DNA of 64,000 nucleotides from Candidatus Yanofskybacteria bacterium. Its GTDB lineage: Bacteria; Patescibacteriota; Minisyncoccia; 2-02-FULL-40-12; IGHO2-01-FULL-4-A. The notes under the pieces are model-generated. The model saw only the letters and a program-made list of their open reading frames with translations. It was not told the origin of the DNA and ran no database searches. Below, in pieces: positions 29,017-40,035 of this stretch. The stretch is from positions 39,773-103,772 of the forward strand of contig JACOZV010000003.1 of assembly GCA_016181175.1 (NCBI GenBank), given 5' to 3'. The first letter of the stretch is position 1; every line of letters begins with the position of its first letter. Position numbers and translations under genes: made by a program.

Positions 29017-29553
29017 ATTTTTTACTAGACTAATTCTATCACACATACCCAAAATCTTATCTACAGCCTAGCGTTTTGGTTATTAATTTTTATGAAATTG
29101 ATTTTATTTGTAAAATATATTATTCTTTTGCCAGAACTTTAATATTCTACCAAATAAGAGGATTGGCTGATATGGAAAATATTCTCAAGTTTTTCTTTCT
29201 TGCCTTTTTTCAATTACTACTACCTGGCCTTGGCCATTGTCTTATGGGGAAAAAAGGATCGGTTTAATTTTTATTGCTATTTTTTCCTTATCTTTAGCTT
29301 GTTATGCGGTTTCTCTGAATCCATTTCTTCCAATTGTCTGGTGGCTTCTATAATTTTTATCCATTATTCATCTCACTAAATATTTTGTTTCTTACAAACC
29401 AGAGGAAAAACAAAATTAGTCTTGCGCCTAGCAGGACTTTTATTTTGAAAAAGATCCTCTTTTCAAAGACCTTCTTTAATCTAGCACCAGTACGACCGCC
29501 ACTACCGGCGGTTTTTGATTTAACCTAGCACTCCATCGTATTTTATGCTTTAA

Positions 29554-30681
29554 TTGTGGCTACAAATGGGCACAAAGAAAAACAAAATTAGGGTCGGGGT
29601 TATATTTGGAGGAAAATCGGTTGAGCACGAGGTTTCCTTGCAATCGGCCAAGAATATCATGGAAGCGATTGATAAAAATAAATATGAAATCGTACCGATT
29701 GGAATTGATAAGAATGGCAGATGGCTTCTCAATAGCTCCACAAGGTTTTTGTTAAATGCTAATGATCCCAAACTAATTAAACTTAACAATGAAGCCAATG
29801 TCGCGTTGGCATTATCACCGGGAGAACAAAATAGACAACTTCAAAGTTCGTCTGACAAAATTCAGGCAAAACAAATAGATGTCGCTTTCCCGGTTCTTCA
29901 CGGAACTTTCGGCGAAGATGGCACGATGCAGGGCTTACTAAAATTACTAAATATACCATTCGTCGGTGCGAGCGTATTGGGTTCGGCCGTGGGAATGGAT
30001 AAGGACATCCAGAAACGATTACTGACGGCTGCCGGTATACTAACTGTCAATTTCTTGGTATTTGAAAAGAGTTCAAAAATAAATTTTAAAAATACTGTAA
30101 AACAATTGGGGCTGCCATTTTTTGTAAAACCAGCCAACTCCGGTTCTTCCATCGGAATATCGAGAGTAGATAACCAAAAACAATTCAAAAGTGCCGTAGC
30201 CAAAGCGTTTAAATATGACAGGAAGATTTTAATTGAGGAGTTTATTAAGGGCAGAGAATTAGAGTGTTCGGTACTTGGAAATGATAAGCCAATTGCTTCA
30301 ATTCCTGGCGAGATTGTAGTAAACAATCACGATTTCTATTCTTATGAAGCAAAATATGTTGACGAGAAAGGAGCGATACTTGCGATTCCAGCAAAATTGC
30401 CAAAAAACATAATTAAAAAAATTCAAAACATTGCCGTAAAATCTTTTAAAACCCTCTGCTTAGAAGGTATGGCACGAGTAGATTTCTTTTTAAGAAACGA
30501 CAACGAAGTGATCGTGAATGAATTAAATACCATTCCTGGTTTTACTAAAATCAGCATGTATCCGAAGCTTTGGGAAGCCAGTGGGATATCTTATAAAGAA
30601 CTAATTGATAGGTTGATTATGCTAGCCATTAGACGATTTAACGAAGAAAAGAAACTAAAAACGTCAGTTGACTTGAGCTAA
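29554..30681 (+). CDS. ddl: D-alanine--D-alanine ligase
   Basis: [21 protein letters not shown]-terminal motif and the ATP-grasp region ([13 protein letters not shown]...). Full-length Ddl. Confidence 0.9.
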   Translation: MWLQMGTKKNKIRVGVIFGGKSVEHEVSLQSAKNIMEAIDKNKYEIVPIGIDKNGRWLLNSSTRFLLNANDPKLIKLNNEANVALALSPGEQNRQLQSSSDKIQAKQIDVAFPVLHGTFGEDGTMQGLLKLLNIPFVGASVLGSAVGMDKDIQKRLLTAAGILTVNFLVFEKSSKINFKNTVKQLGLPFFVKPANSGSSIGISRVDNQKQFKSAVAKAFKYDRKILIEEFIKGRELECSVLGNDKPIASIPGEIVVNNHDFYSYEAKYVDEKGAILAIPAKLPKNIIKKIQNIAVKSFKTLCLEGMARVDFFLRNDNEVIVNELNTIPGFTKISMYPKLWEASGISYKELIDRLIMLAIRRFNEEKKLKTSVDLS

Positions 30682-30921
30682 AGCGACGCCTTTATTGGAA
30701 CCGCGCAATGGTTAGTGCAAGTCCTTGCCAAAAATTATTCAAAGCGAACCATTATGTCTTATAGCACCGTTGAAAGGGTGGATTGCATGGTCGCCGAGTA
30801 GTAAAATATTCATCACTGCGAGACGAATCCACGCTTTCAACGGAACGTAGAATTCTCGCTGGGAATTCAAGTGGTGATAGAAAACATAATGGCGAGCGAT
30901 AATTTTTGACAAGGGCGAGCC

Positions 30922-33015
30922 TTACCGCATTGTAAGGTTTATGCGTCCCATCTCGTCTATTTGTTTCACGCGTACATGCACGGTTTGGCCAACCTTGAGG
31001 ACATCTGACGGACGGCGGATATGATCTTTTGATATTTCGGAAACATGAACCATTCCTTCCTGGCCGGGCATAAATTCAACAAAAGCACCGAAATCCATAA
31101 GTCGGGTTACCTTACCGTCAAACTCATCACCAGGTTTGGCTTCATAAGTTATCGTTTCAATCCATTTAATCGCTTTTTCCATGCCATCCGGACTATCAGA
31201 GGTTATAAATACCGAGCCGTCCTGCTCAATATCAATTTCAACACCGGTTTTTTCAATTATTTCGTTAATTACCTTGCCCTGTGGGCCGATAACCATTCGG
31301 ATTTTATCCGGATCAATTTTTATAGTTGTAACTCTGGGAGCATATTTAGATAATTCTTCACGCGGCTCTTTGATTGCTTTCGCCATGTGATCAAGTATTT
31401 CTAGTCTTGCTTTACGGGTTTGTTCCAACGCTTTTTCAAGTATTTTTTCGTCTATACCCTCTATTTTCACATCCATTTGCATGGCAGTAACACCGTCCCG
31501 CGTACCCGCCACCTTGAGATCCATGTCACCATGATGATCTTCCGGTCCTTGAATGTCTGTTAGGACCTTATACTTTTCGCCTTTTTCATCAAACATTAAG
31601 CCCATGGCAATACCGGCGGCTGGCGCCTTAATTGGAACCCCTCCGTCCATCATGGCCAGCGATGAACCACAGACAGATGCCATGGAAGAAGACCCATTGG
31701 AGGATAAAATTTCTGAAACTACTCGAATCGTATAGGGGAATTCGTCTTTGCTTGGTATCAACGGCTCAAGAGCGCGTTCAGCTAGGGCTCCGTGGCCTAT
31801 TTCTCGCCGGCCAGCCCCACCCATGCGTCCGGTTTCACCGACACTGAATGGCGGAAAAACATAATGATGCATAAACCTCTTCTTGGTAAGCTCAATCTCC
31901 ATCGTCTCTATCCATTGCTCCATTCCGGGAGCAGCCAAAGTCAAACTGGATAATGCTTGCGTTGTGCCACGATTAAACAAACCCGTGCCATGCGAGTGGG
32001 GGAGTATTCCAACTTCAGCGCTTATATCTCGCAATTCGTCAATCTTACGACCATCAGGACGCTTTTCACTTTCAAGAATATTTTTGTGCACAATCCTGTC
32101 AATTTCCTCTTCAAAAATTACATTGGCTTCTTTGAGTTTTTTACTTAAATCGGGATGATCGGTATATTGAGCGGCAATATACCCAGCCAGTTCGTCTTGG
32201 GCTTTGTGCAAACCCTCAACATACTCAAGTTTGTGGGGAGTGTACAAAACTTTCTCAAGCTTTGGACTGACAAAATCTCTGACCACTTTAGCTAACGCCT
32301 CGTCACGGCTAAAAACCGCCAGTTCCCGCTTTTTGGGAGCAATTTCTTCGGCAATTTTCCATTGCAACTTAATAAGCGCCTTCAGTTCTTTATGCGCCTT
32401 GGCCACCGCTTCTACAATGTCTTTTTCCGGCACTATTTTAGCACCGGTTTCAATCATGTTTATCTTGTTTTCAGTACCGGCAACCACGATATCAAAATCA
32501 CTTAGTTTGCGTTCTTCATAGCTGGGGTTAAATACCAATTTTCCATCCACTCTTCCGACACGAGCCGCAGCAACAGGCCCGTCAAAAGGAATATCGGAAA
32601 TCATTAGAGCCAGTGAAGCCCCGAAAAGCGCCGGAATATCAGGGTCGTTTATAGCGTCAAAAGACAGGATAGTAGCAATAACCTGGACTTCGTTTCTTAT
32701 ATTGTGGTCAAACCTTGGCCTTAGTGAACGATCAATTAAACGCGCCGACAAAATAGCCTCTTCCGAGGGTCGAGTCTCGCGTTTAATCCATTTTGAACCT
32801 TTAATTTTACCGGCAGCGTAATACTTCTCTTCGTAGTCTAGGGTCAGCGGAAAATAATCAACATCCTTGGTATGCGCTGACATAGTAGCGGTCACCAAAA
32901 TGGTTGTTTCACCATATTGAATACGACAAGAACCGTTGGCCTGCCCTGCCAATTTACCAATTTCAATCTGAAGAGGCTTTCCAGCAAACTCTTCTTTATA
33001 GGTTTTTACTGACAT
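30922..33015 (-). CDS. pnp: polyribonucleotide nucleotidyltransferase (PNPase)
   Basis: Two RNase PH domains plus KH (VIGPQGKVINEI) and S1 domains, 697 aa. Confidence 0.95.
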   Translation of the reverse strand: MSVKTYKEEFAGKPLQIEIGKLAGQANGSCRIQYGETTILVTATMSAHTKDVDYFPLTLDYEEKYYAAGKIKGSKWIKRETRPSEEAILSARLIDRSLRPRFDHNIRNEVQVIATILSFDAINDPDIPALFGASLALMISDIPFDGPVAAARVGRVDGKLVFNPSYEERKLSDFDIVVAGTENKINMIETGAKIVPEKDIVEAVAKAHKELKALIKLQWKIAEEIAPKKRELAVFSRDEALAKVVRDFVSPKLEKVLYTPHKLEYVEGLHKAQDELAGYIAAQYTDHPDLSKKLKEANVIFEEEIDRIVHKNILESEKRPDGRKIDELRDISAEVGILPHSHGTGLFNRGTTQALSSLTLAAPGMEQWIETMEIELTKKRFMHHYVFPPFSVGETGRMGGAGRREIGHGALAERALEPLIPSKDEFPYTIRVVSEILSSNGSSSMASVCGSSLAMMDGGVPIKAPAAGIAMGLMFDEKGEKYKVLTDIQGPEDHHGDMDLKVAGTRDGVTAMQMDVKIEGIDEKILEKALEQTRKARLEILDHMAKAIKEPREELSKYAPRVTTIKIDPDKIRMVIGPQGKVINEIIEKTGVEIDIEQDGSVFITSDSPDGMEKAIKWIETITYEAKPGDEFDGKVTRLMDFGAFVEFMPGQEGMVHVSEISKDHIRRPSDVLKVGQTVHVRVKQIDEMGRINLTMR

Positions 33016-33213
33016 CTAAAATCCGACAGAATAGAAGAGAAGAGAGTGACTTGGAGTCAGACCACAGCCATCGAATTGCCGATAACTTTGGCCTAAACCT
33101 AAGCCCTGCGCACCTTTTGTCCTTCTCTGCTTTTCTATTTAGTTGTAATTATTAAAATTTCAAATTTTAATCTAGCATATTTTAATCGGAAAAGCCAATC
33201 TTTAAAATTAGAA

Positions 33214-33753
33214 TCAGTAGATCAAAAACTTCTTTGGGTCGTCGCCCAAGTCGGTAAAAACATCGGCGACTTCTTTGAGTTTGGCCGAGGTACTACGGCC
33301 AAATGATATGACTTCCACTTTGAGACCTTGCGAAATGCGAAGATATTCAACTAGCGGGATAAAATCGCCATCACCGGTTACAAGCACCGCCACATCAATT
33401 TTGTCAGCCAGTATCACCGCATCCATGGCCAAACCGACATCCCAATCGGCCTTTTTCATACCGCCGGGAAATATCTGGAGATCTTTTTCTTTGATCTCGT
33501 AGCCGCCCTTTTCAAGCGCTTCAAAAAAGGCTTTCTCTTCACCAGATTCAGTCCTGATAACATAGATAAAGGCGCGTATTAAGCGCCGATTGCCAACGGC
33601 CGTTTCAAGGACTTTTTTAAAATTTAACTTGGCCTTGTAAAGATTCTTGGCCGAATGGTACATATTCTGCGCGTCAACAAAAACACCGACTCTCTGGTGT
33701 TCTGAAGTTACATCGTGAGACTTACTAGTATTTTTGTGTTTGCGCTCGGCCAA
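33214..33753 (-). CDS. NYN-domain (LabA-like, PIN-related) predicted RNase
   Basis: GVFVDAQNMYHSAK...VLVTGDGDFIPLV matches the NYN/LabA signature. It lies between rpsO and pnp. Confidence 0.7.
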   Translation of the reverse strand: MAERKHKNTSKSHDVTSEHQRVGVFVDAQNMYHSAKNLYKAKLNFKKVLETAVGNRRLIRAFIYVIRTESGEEKAFFEALEKGGYEIKEKDLQIFPGGMKKADWDVGLAMDAVILADKIDVAVLVTGDGDFIPLVEYLRISQGLKVEVISFGRSTSAKLKEVADVFTDLGDDPKKFLIY

Positions 33754-33755
33754 AA

Positions 33756-34022
33756 TTATTTCTTTAATCCTAAGTCTTTTACAATTTTTGCGTATCTTGT
33801 TGGCGACTCCTTTTTTAGGTAATCCAAAAGACGTTTGCGCTTGGCAACCATTTTCAAAAGGCCGGTGCGTGAACTGTTGTCCTTTGAATGTTTTTTGAGA
33901 TGCTTGGCTAAAGCCTCTATTTCCTCGGAAAATAAAGCAATCTGCACTTCTGCAGAACCGGTATCCCCCTCATGAATGGCATGTTTGCTGACTATCTTTA
34001 GTTTTGTCTTGGGGTTTAACAC
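33756..34022 (-). CDS. rpsO: 30S ribosomal protein S15
   Basis: 88 aa with HEGDTGSAEVQIALFSEEIEALAKHLKKHSKDNSSRTGLLKMVAKRKRLLDYL, the canonical S15. Confidence 0.9.
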   Translation of the reverse strand: MLNPKTKLKIVSKHAIHEGDTGSAEVQIALFSEEIEALAKHLKKHSKDNSSRTGLLKMVAKRKRLLDYLKKESPTRYAKIVKDLGLKK

Positions 34023-34263
34023 GTTAAGTCCTTATACGCTTTTCGCCACGAAGCCCATAAGATTTTGGGCTTATCGTGGCTCAAAGCCATAGGCGGTTTA
34101 GCCAATTTCTTCGTTAAGCACTCCGGTGCTCCCTCAACGTAGTTATACTACGTCTCGGTTTGCTCCTCGTGCTTGCCTTGAACTTGGCTAAACGCAAAAG
34201 TCCTAATAAATTTAATGATAACACATATTTAAAAAATAAAAAAGCCCCTTAGCGGTGGCTTTA

Positions 34264-35454
34264 TTAATAGCGGCTCTTTAACAAGTAATCGACCTTCTCA
34301 AGAAATATAATTGTTTCGTCTGTTTTGCCTAATTTACGAAGGGCAACACGCCAATCCTGACCCGTCTTTGTGCGTTTAATCGCTTTAATTACCCGCCCAA
34401 TACCACAATTGTGGGCGGCATATAAATAATGATCGAGTTTTTCATCATCCAATATTTTTTCACCAAATACTTTTTTTAGTTCGTTAAGATTATAGTCATA
34501 GAGCAGTATTGCGGCCATTATTGACTCTATGTGCTGCATTGCGCCAACATTAAACTCTGGCAACTTAGCTAAGGGATATTTCTTCTTGATAATATTCCAC
34601 GTCCCCCTTGTAAACTGCGTAAGACCTACAGCACCGGCATAATTGTAGGTAGAAAACGCCCCTTCGCCGTTACCTGCAAGCAAAATCTTAACTCTATCAA
34701 ACGGATTGAATTTTAAAGTTCCTGACTTAAAAGCATAAAATTCCTGTGGATCTGTTAATTCCACTAAAACAAGGTTTATGGGAAATAAGAAGCTCATCGT
34801 TTCACTTACCTTTTTATCCGAATTTGCCAAAGATATGACACCTAAAGAATGTAGCTCTGCAACGGCAGCGACAAAATGACCCTCAAGGTGAAAGTCGCCC
34901 ATCTTAATTAATTCATCTTGATGAAGACTAGTAGAGTAAGGAAAATAAATGCGTTCCGCTGGTTTACCGCTTACAAGGTCGATCCAGCCATTAGCAATCA
35001 CTATCCACCCATCGGGTGCAACAACGCGAAAGGCGGTATTCCTGCCATTCCAGGTTATGCCATTTACCCTCGGCTCAATTTCAACCGTAAATTCTTTATC
35101 TAGATTAAAAAGTTTTTGGCCTTCTTTCCTAATTTTAATAAGCTTTATTTCGCCCGTTTCTGTATTCATTAATACCAGGCCAGCTTCTTTCCAGGCATAA
35201 TCTGTCCTTTTTGTGGTTAAAATTTTGGATTTTTTCTTCTTGACTTGTGCTGGTAATTTTCTTGTTTCCTTATAAGTTACTATTTTGACGCTGTGCTTCA
35301 ATTCCACATTTTTAAGCATCTGTTTTGCTTCATCAATTTTATCAAGCCAGCTGTATTTTTTTTCTTGAGCTTCGGCTCTGGAACAATAATGCACAGATAA
35401 TGAAAAAACCACCAAAGTAGCAAATAACAAAATCCTCGCACGTAATTTGTTCAT
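34264..35454 (-). CDS. secreted protein with C-terminal lytic-transglycosylase (SLT/lysozyme-like) domain
   Basis: Signal peptide. The C-terminus has FSTYNYAGAVGLTQF, matching the SLT motif S..GA.GLMQ. Confidence 0.5.
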   Translation of the reverse strand: MNKLRARILLFATLVVFSLSVHYCSRAEAQEKKYSWLDKIDEAKQMLKNVELKHSVKIVTYKETRKLPAQVKKKKSKILTTKRTDYAWKEAGLVLMNTETGEIKLIKIRKEGQKLFNLDKEFTVEIEPRVNGITWNGRNTAFRVVAPDGWIVIANGWIDLVSGKPAERIYFPYSTSLHQDELIKMGDFHLEGHFVAAVAELHSLGVISLANSDKKVSETMSFLFPINLVLVELTDPQEFYAFKSGTLKFNPFDRVKILLAGNGEGAFSTYNYAGAVGLTQFTRGTWNIIKKKYPLAKLPEFNVGAMQHIESIMAAILLYDYNLNELKKVFGEKILDDEKLDHYLYAAHNCGIGRVIKAIKRTKTGQDWRVALRKLGKTDETIIFLEKVDYLLKSRY

Positions 35455-35556
35455 GTTTGCCTTGTTAATTTTTAAAAAACTATTTAGGAAATAGTAGCAA
35501 TTTTTGTGAATAAATCAAATTAATAATGTGCGACATATCTGTGCTATAATAGCTTC

Positions 35557-36468
35557 ATGACCATCAAAGACCTCAAAACACAATTTCTAGAATATCTGGA
35601 GATAGAAAAAAACCGTTCAGCAAAAACGGTTGAAAACTACAATCACTACCTAGTTAGGTTTATTAATTTCGCCAAAATGGGACGGCCGGAAGAAATTACC
35701 GAAGAACTTATCAGAAAATATCGGCTCTACTTAAACAGATTAAACGATGGCGGTGATAAACCGCTAAAGAAGGTCACCCAAAATTATCACATCATTGCCC
35801 TGCGGGCGTTTCTTAAATATCTGGCCAAACGTGATATCAAAACTGTTTCAGCGGAAAAAGTAGAGCTTGGCAAACAGGAAGAACGTCAGGTTACGTTTCT
35901 GGAACCGCAAGAATTGGAAAGATTTTTAAAAACGCCGGCGGGTACGGCTCTGGCTGACTTACGTGACCGTGCAATACTTGAAACACTTTTCTCCACCGGT
36001 CTTCGTGTCTCTGAACTATGCTCTTTAAATCGAACTGATATAGACGTAAAAAGAGGGGAGTTTGGAGTGCGTGGCAAAGGCAGTAAGATACGGGTAGTCT
36101 TCCTGTCCGATACTGCAAGGATGGCCCTTGTAACTTACCTGAATAAACGTCCGGATGCCGATGAAGCGTTATTCATTCGCATACCGCAGAATGAAAAACT
36201 GGAGAAATATGAAAAACTAAGACTTACTCCGCGCAGTATCCAACGTATTATCAAAAAATATGCCATTGTTGCTGGCATTGTTGGCAAGAGGGTTAGCCCT
36301 CACAGCTTGCGCCACTCGTTTGCCACCGACCTTTTGCGCAATGGCGCCGATATCCGCTCCGTCCAAGCTATGCTAGGCCACTCCTCTGTAACCACTACCC
36401 AAATTTATACCCATGTCACAGACAAACAGTTAAGAGAGGTACATGAGAAATTTCACGGAAAAAAATAG
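35557..36468 (+). CDS. tyrosine recombinase XerC/XerD family
   Basis: C-terminal catalytic region HSLRHSFATDLLRNGADIRSVQAMLGHSSVTTTQIYTHV (R..H..R..H..Y). Confidence 0.85.
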   Translation: MTIKDLKTQFLEYLEIEKNRSAKTVENYNHYLVRFINFAKMGRPEEITEELIRKYRLYLNRLNDGGDKPLKKVTQNYHIIALRAFLKYLAKRDIKTVSAEKVELGKQEERQVTFLEPQELERFLKTPAGTALADLRDRAILETLFSTGLRVSELCSLNRTDIDVKRGEFGVRGKGSKIRVVFLSDTARMALVTYLNKRPDADEALFIRIPQNEKLEKYEKLRLTPRSIQRIIKKYAIVAGIVGKRVSPHSLRHSFATDLLRNGADIRSVQAMLGHSSVTTTQIYTHVTDKQLREVHEKFHGKK

Positions 36469-36720
36469 CACTCGCCATATTACCTTTTGGGAACTTCAAA
36501 AATCCCAGCGAGATTTTTTCATCTTTTGTGATTGCCGCCATTTGTCAAGATGTTCCCCTTCGACAAGCTCAGGGTCAATCATTGACAAAACCATGCTGGC
36601 GGCAACCCCAGAAGTCCCAAAAGGCAATATGGCTCGCTTCTACGTAAAAAGGATTGCAAAGTTACTTTTTAGTTGTTACTATATTAAAACTTCTTTGAAA
36701 TATAAACGAGGTATGAAAAA

Positions 36721-37068
36721 ATGCCTACAAAAATAGGCGAGGAAAAAAATTATCTTTGTGCCATTTGCAGAAAAAATCAGATAAGCAAAAAACGTATATG
36801 TGAATTATTTGAAGGCGGAGGCGGCTTTGATGGGGATATATTTGGTTTTGATCCTATTTCTTATACCGACTACCGCATAGAAGGCGGCAAATTGTTTGCA
36901 GAAAGACCAGACCTATTTTGGGAATCTGATACTAAAAGAAAGCTAGACGAATTATTAAAAACCCCAAAAAAAGAACCGCCGATTGGCGGGATTTGTACCG
37001 AATGCTTAAAAAATCCGATAGTGCTCTCACTTATGGAACACATACAATTTGAAAACAAAAGCCGATAA
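36721..37068 (+). CDS. hypothetical Cys-rich (zinc-ribbon-like) protein
   Basis: CAIC...C and CTEC pairs. It is followed by a strong terminator (37057-37086, gccgata-att-tatcggc + T7). Confidence 0.35.
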   Translation: MPTKIGEEKNYLCAICRKNQISKKRICELFEGGGGFDGDIFGFDPISYTDYRIEGGKLFAERPDLFWESDTKRKLDELLKTPKKEPPIGGICTECLKNPIVLSLMEHIQFENKSR

Positions 37069-37086
37069 TTATCGGCTTTTTTTATT
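37057..37086 (+). terminator. rho-independent terminator
   Basis: gccgata/tatcggc stem plus TTTTTTT. Bidirectional, since the minus-strand S8 protease gene ends at 37097. Confidence 0.7.
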
Positions 37087-37096
37087 AATCAACGAT

Positions 37097-39082
37097 TCAT
37101 GGCGTAGCAGTTTTTACCCTGATAGTCGCAAAAGAACGCGCAGAACCACCAGGAGAAGTAACTGTGTAATAAAAAGTGTAAGTATATCCGGCCTGTCTTG
37201 GATCAATTATCGCGGGACCCAGCGATCCGCCACTGCCCGGACTAAAATAGGGAACTTGTCCGCTACAGTTACCAAGCGGATCGCAAGTTTGTCCGGACGG
37301 ACCCAGAACCGCGAGATCAAATCTGTAAAAAGTTCCCTCTACACTTGACCACTTGTAGGTTATTTGATCGCCCGCTTTTACCGTTATGTCAACGGAAGAA
37401 TTTGCTGAAAAATTGGCCGCTGGAGTCCTCGCGTAAACAGTGGTTTCAGCAAAAACAACGGGAATATCGCCTTCGGGGTAATAAATCAGAAGCACTCCAG
37501 TTGCATTACCGGCATTGACGGTTATCTTCTCCTCACCCTGGTAGTTCGTAAGTTCTCTTAATGTACCACCGTTAAAATTGTCATATAAGTAAACTTGCCA
37601 TCCCCTCGGCTCAACTGTGTAACCCACTGTAACTTCACAGCTTTGTTGGTCAACTACAATGCTGCAAGCAAAAGTTTCTTGACTAAAAAATCCGAAAACT
37701 GGCAACCGGTTATCAATACTTGCAAAAGACGTATAAGCGCGAACCATGCCCCAACCTGTTTCGTCATCGCGACCGCCAGGAGGAACATCATCAGCGGTTT
37801 TTGCGAGAATTTTCCTGATCTCTTCCGGATCTCGGATGCCAGCCGTCATCAATAAACCAGCTAACCCGCTAACAACGGCTGTGGCCGGCGATGTGCCGGT
37901 CATAATATACATTTTATAATAGGGAATACCCGTCAGGTCGTTTATTTCATTTATCCAACCCTCAACAACAATCCCATCGGAACGATTATTTTTATCCAGA
38001 TCTTCATCTAGATCGCCCACTGGAACCATAATTTCTGTTTCCGGGCCATAGTTGGAATATGGGGCTCTCTTTTTTTCGCGAGCTCTTGCATCCGGAAACG
38101 TTGTCGCGCCAACCGCAATAACTTCCGGAAACGCGGCCGGGAAAATGACCCTGTTTGTGCCATCATTACCGCTCGCGGCAACAAATGTTATTTTTTTTAC
38201 TGACGAACCGTATTCAACGTAATATTTGATAAGGGGGTCTTCCACTTTAGTGCCTAGCGCTAAATTCACTATCTCATTTCCCAGCCCCTCGCTTCTGTTT
38301 ACAATTTCTCCGATGGCGGCAGCGATAGCAAAAGTTGAACCGCTTCCATTTTTACCAAGCACACGCCAAATATGGAACTTGGCTCGCGGCACTATTCCTG
38401 CTCCACCATGACCATTATTAGTCTTTGCCGCAATGATACCCAACATAAATGTACCGTGCAGGCCCATACCGTATGGTGAAGAGCACGGGTTATCGTCAAA
38501 ATCAATATAATCTTTCTCCGGTATAATATTACCGGAATCGACGTCAGGGTGATCGCACCCGCCGCCGCTGTCTACGATGTGAATGTGGATGTCTTCTCCC
38601 CTTGTTTCATCTCGTCCCAGTTCAAAGCCGTATCTTTTATATACAGTATCCATACCGATAAAACGCAGGTGAACCTGTATAGGGTAGTACGGATCGTTGG
38701 GGGGAGCGATGTCGGACAACGCTTGGCCGGCAGACGGTTGCCCTTGTTCCACAATGTCAGTGCCAACCGCTTTATAGACAAAGTCTGGTTGGGCATATTC
38801 CACATCGGGCAAACCCTGAACATACTGAAGCATATCTTCCACCTGGATACGCTTATCAAAAGACAATGGGTACACGGAGGGAGAATCGTTACGTTTATAG
38901 ACAATCCTGCCAGATAAAAATTTATCCTCTTTTCCTTTTAAAGATTTACTGGCTATTAATGCCTCCGTATTCATTTTGTGCAAAGAAATTTCTTTTTGTT
39001 GAGCAAAACTAAAGCTTACAAACGATACAAAATATATTAGAAAACAAACACTACAAAAAAGTTTTTTAATTCGCGTTTTCAT
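37097..39082 (-). CDS. secreted subtilisin-like serine protease (S8 family)
   Basis: Signal peptide, with Asp/His/Ser triad contexts HIVDSGGGCDHPD, HGTFMLGIIAA and GTSPATAVVSGLAGLL. Confidence 0.85.
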   Translation of the reverse strand: MKTRIKKLFCSVCFLIYFVSFVSFSFAQQKEISLHKMNTEALIASKSLKGKEDKFLSGRIVYKRNDSPSVYPLSFDKRIQVEDMLQYVQGLPDVEYAQPDFVYKAVGTDIVEQGQPSAGQALSDIAPPNDPYYPIQVHLRFIGMDTVYKRYGFELGRDETRGEDIHIHIVDSGGGCDHPDVDSGNIIPEKDYIDFDDNPCSSPYGMGLHGTFMLGIIAAKTNNGHGGAGIVPRAKFHIWRVLGKNGSGSTFAIAAAIGEIVNRSEGLGNEIVNLALGTKVEDPLIKYYVEYGSSVKKITFVAASGNDGTNRVIFPAAFPEVIAVGATTFPDARAREKKRAPYSNYGPETEIMVPVGDLDEDLDKNNRSDGIVVEGWINEINDLTGIPYYKMYIMTGTSPATAVVSGLAGLLMTAGIRDPEEIRKILAKTADDVPPGGRDDETGWGMVRAYTSFASIDNRLPVFGFFSQETFACSIVVDQQSCEVTVGYTVEPRGWQVYLYDNFNGGTLRELTNYQGEEKITVNAGNATGVLLIYYPEGDIPVVFAETTVYARTPAANFSANSSVDITVKAGDQITYKWSSVEGTFYRFDLAVLGPSGQTCDPLGNCSGQVPYFSPGSGGSLGPAIIDPRQAGYTYTFYYTVTSPGGSARSFATIRVKTATP

Positions 39083-39130
39083 TACCTATCTGCTTTCCTG
39101 TTTTTAATGTACCGTCTTCTACATCACAAC

Positions 39131-39832
39131 TTACATGTTATTTAAATAAATGCCAAGTTCGTTTTTGAGAATACGGTTTACTTCCTCAACAGGATCTTTC
39201 GCGCTTAGTATCTGCCGCCCCATAACAATATAATCAGCACCCCTATTTATCGCGACTTTTGGGGTGGAAATACGTTTTTGGTCCCCTGGATCAGCACCAG
39301 ATGAACGTATTCCGGGCACAACAAGAGTAAACTTGGGGAATCTTCCGCGCAATTCACTTACTTCTTCGGACGAACACACTAATCCATCAGCGCCCGCATT
39401 TTTAGCAATTTGTGCCAATTCCATAACTTGCTCCGCCGGTTTTCTGTGATAGATCTCCTCGCAGGTTTTGGGGTCAATTGAAGAAAGAACCGTTACAACC
39501 AGCACCTTGGTTCCCACACTTTGCAATTCTTTACAGGCCACCTCAATCATCTCCTTGCCGCCAGAACCATGCACTGTAACTGCCCACGGGGGACAGGCAC
39601 GCAAATTGCGGCAAGTATTGGCAACTGTATTAGGAATATCATGGCATTTAAGGTCAGCCATAACGCGTCCGTAAACAGAAAGTTTTGGCAATAAATTTCT
39701 AAAACCTTCTCTGAAAAGTAGATCATTAACCTTCAAGATGCAGCCGGTGGTTCTAAGTTTATCAACGACAGGCAAAACTTGATCCCAGCTCATGCCATCC
39801 AAAGCTACAATTATAGGATTTTTTATTGACAT
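39131..39832 (-). CDS. pyrF: orotidine 5'-phosphate decarboxylase
   Basis: IVALD, LKVNDLLF, DLKCHDIPNT, VTVH, PGIR and GADYIVMGR, the full set of OMPdecase signatures. Confidence 0.85.
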   Translation of the reverse strand: MSIKNPIIVALDGMSWDQVLPVVDKLRTTGCILKVNDLLFREGFRNLLPKLSVYGRVMADLKCHDIPNTVANTCRNLRACPPWAVTVHGSGGKEMIEVACKELQSVGTKVLVVTVLSSIDPKTCEEIYHRKPAEQVMELAQIAKNAGADGLVCSSEEVSELRGRFPKFTLVVPGIRSSGADPGDQKRISTPKVAINRGADYIVMGRQILSAKDPVEEVNRILKNELGIYLNNM

Positions 39833-39887
39833 TTAAAGTATTATATCAAAATCTAAGCAAAAATACCTTTTGGGAACGTGGAATTTT

Positions 39888-39919
39888 AGTAAAAAAGAGG
39901 AGCAGGTATTTCCTGCTCC
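39888..39919 (-). terminator. rho-independent terminator after the PG-binding protein gene
   Basis: aggagcagg-tattt-cctgctcct hairpin followed by a T-run on the minus strand. Confidence 0.55.
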
Positions 39920-40035
39920 TATGAGCCGATAGATATCGACTCTTTTTAATTTCTGGAAAAAGATTGACCTTTCCCTTTTGGTTTGTGGTTTGTGCCGTTG
40001 GACTTCTTTGTCAATTGTGGCAAATCAGAATTTGG

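Noticed and set aside
28935-29020. CRISPR array
   Set aside because: The only short tandem repeats are 7-nt units without spacers. No repeat-spacer architecture or cas genes were seen anywhere in the window.
35557-36468. The tyrosine recombinase as the integrase of a local mobile element
   Set aside because: The motif set and length are those of chromosomal XerC/XerD. It is 7-25 kb away from the att-like repeats and has no flanking repeats of its own.
36443-36736. 97-aa ORF immediately after xerC/D
   Set aside because: It overlaps the xer 3' end, has no RBS and is Cys/Ser-rich low complexity. The downstream 36721..37068 Cys-rich ORF with terminator is the more plausible gene.
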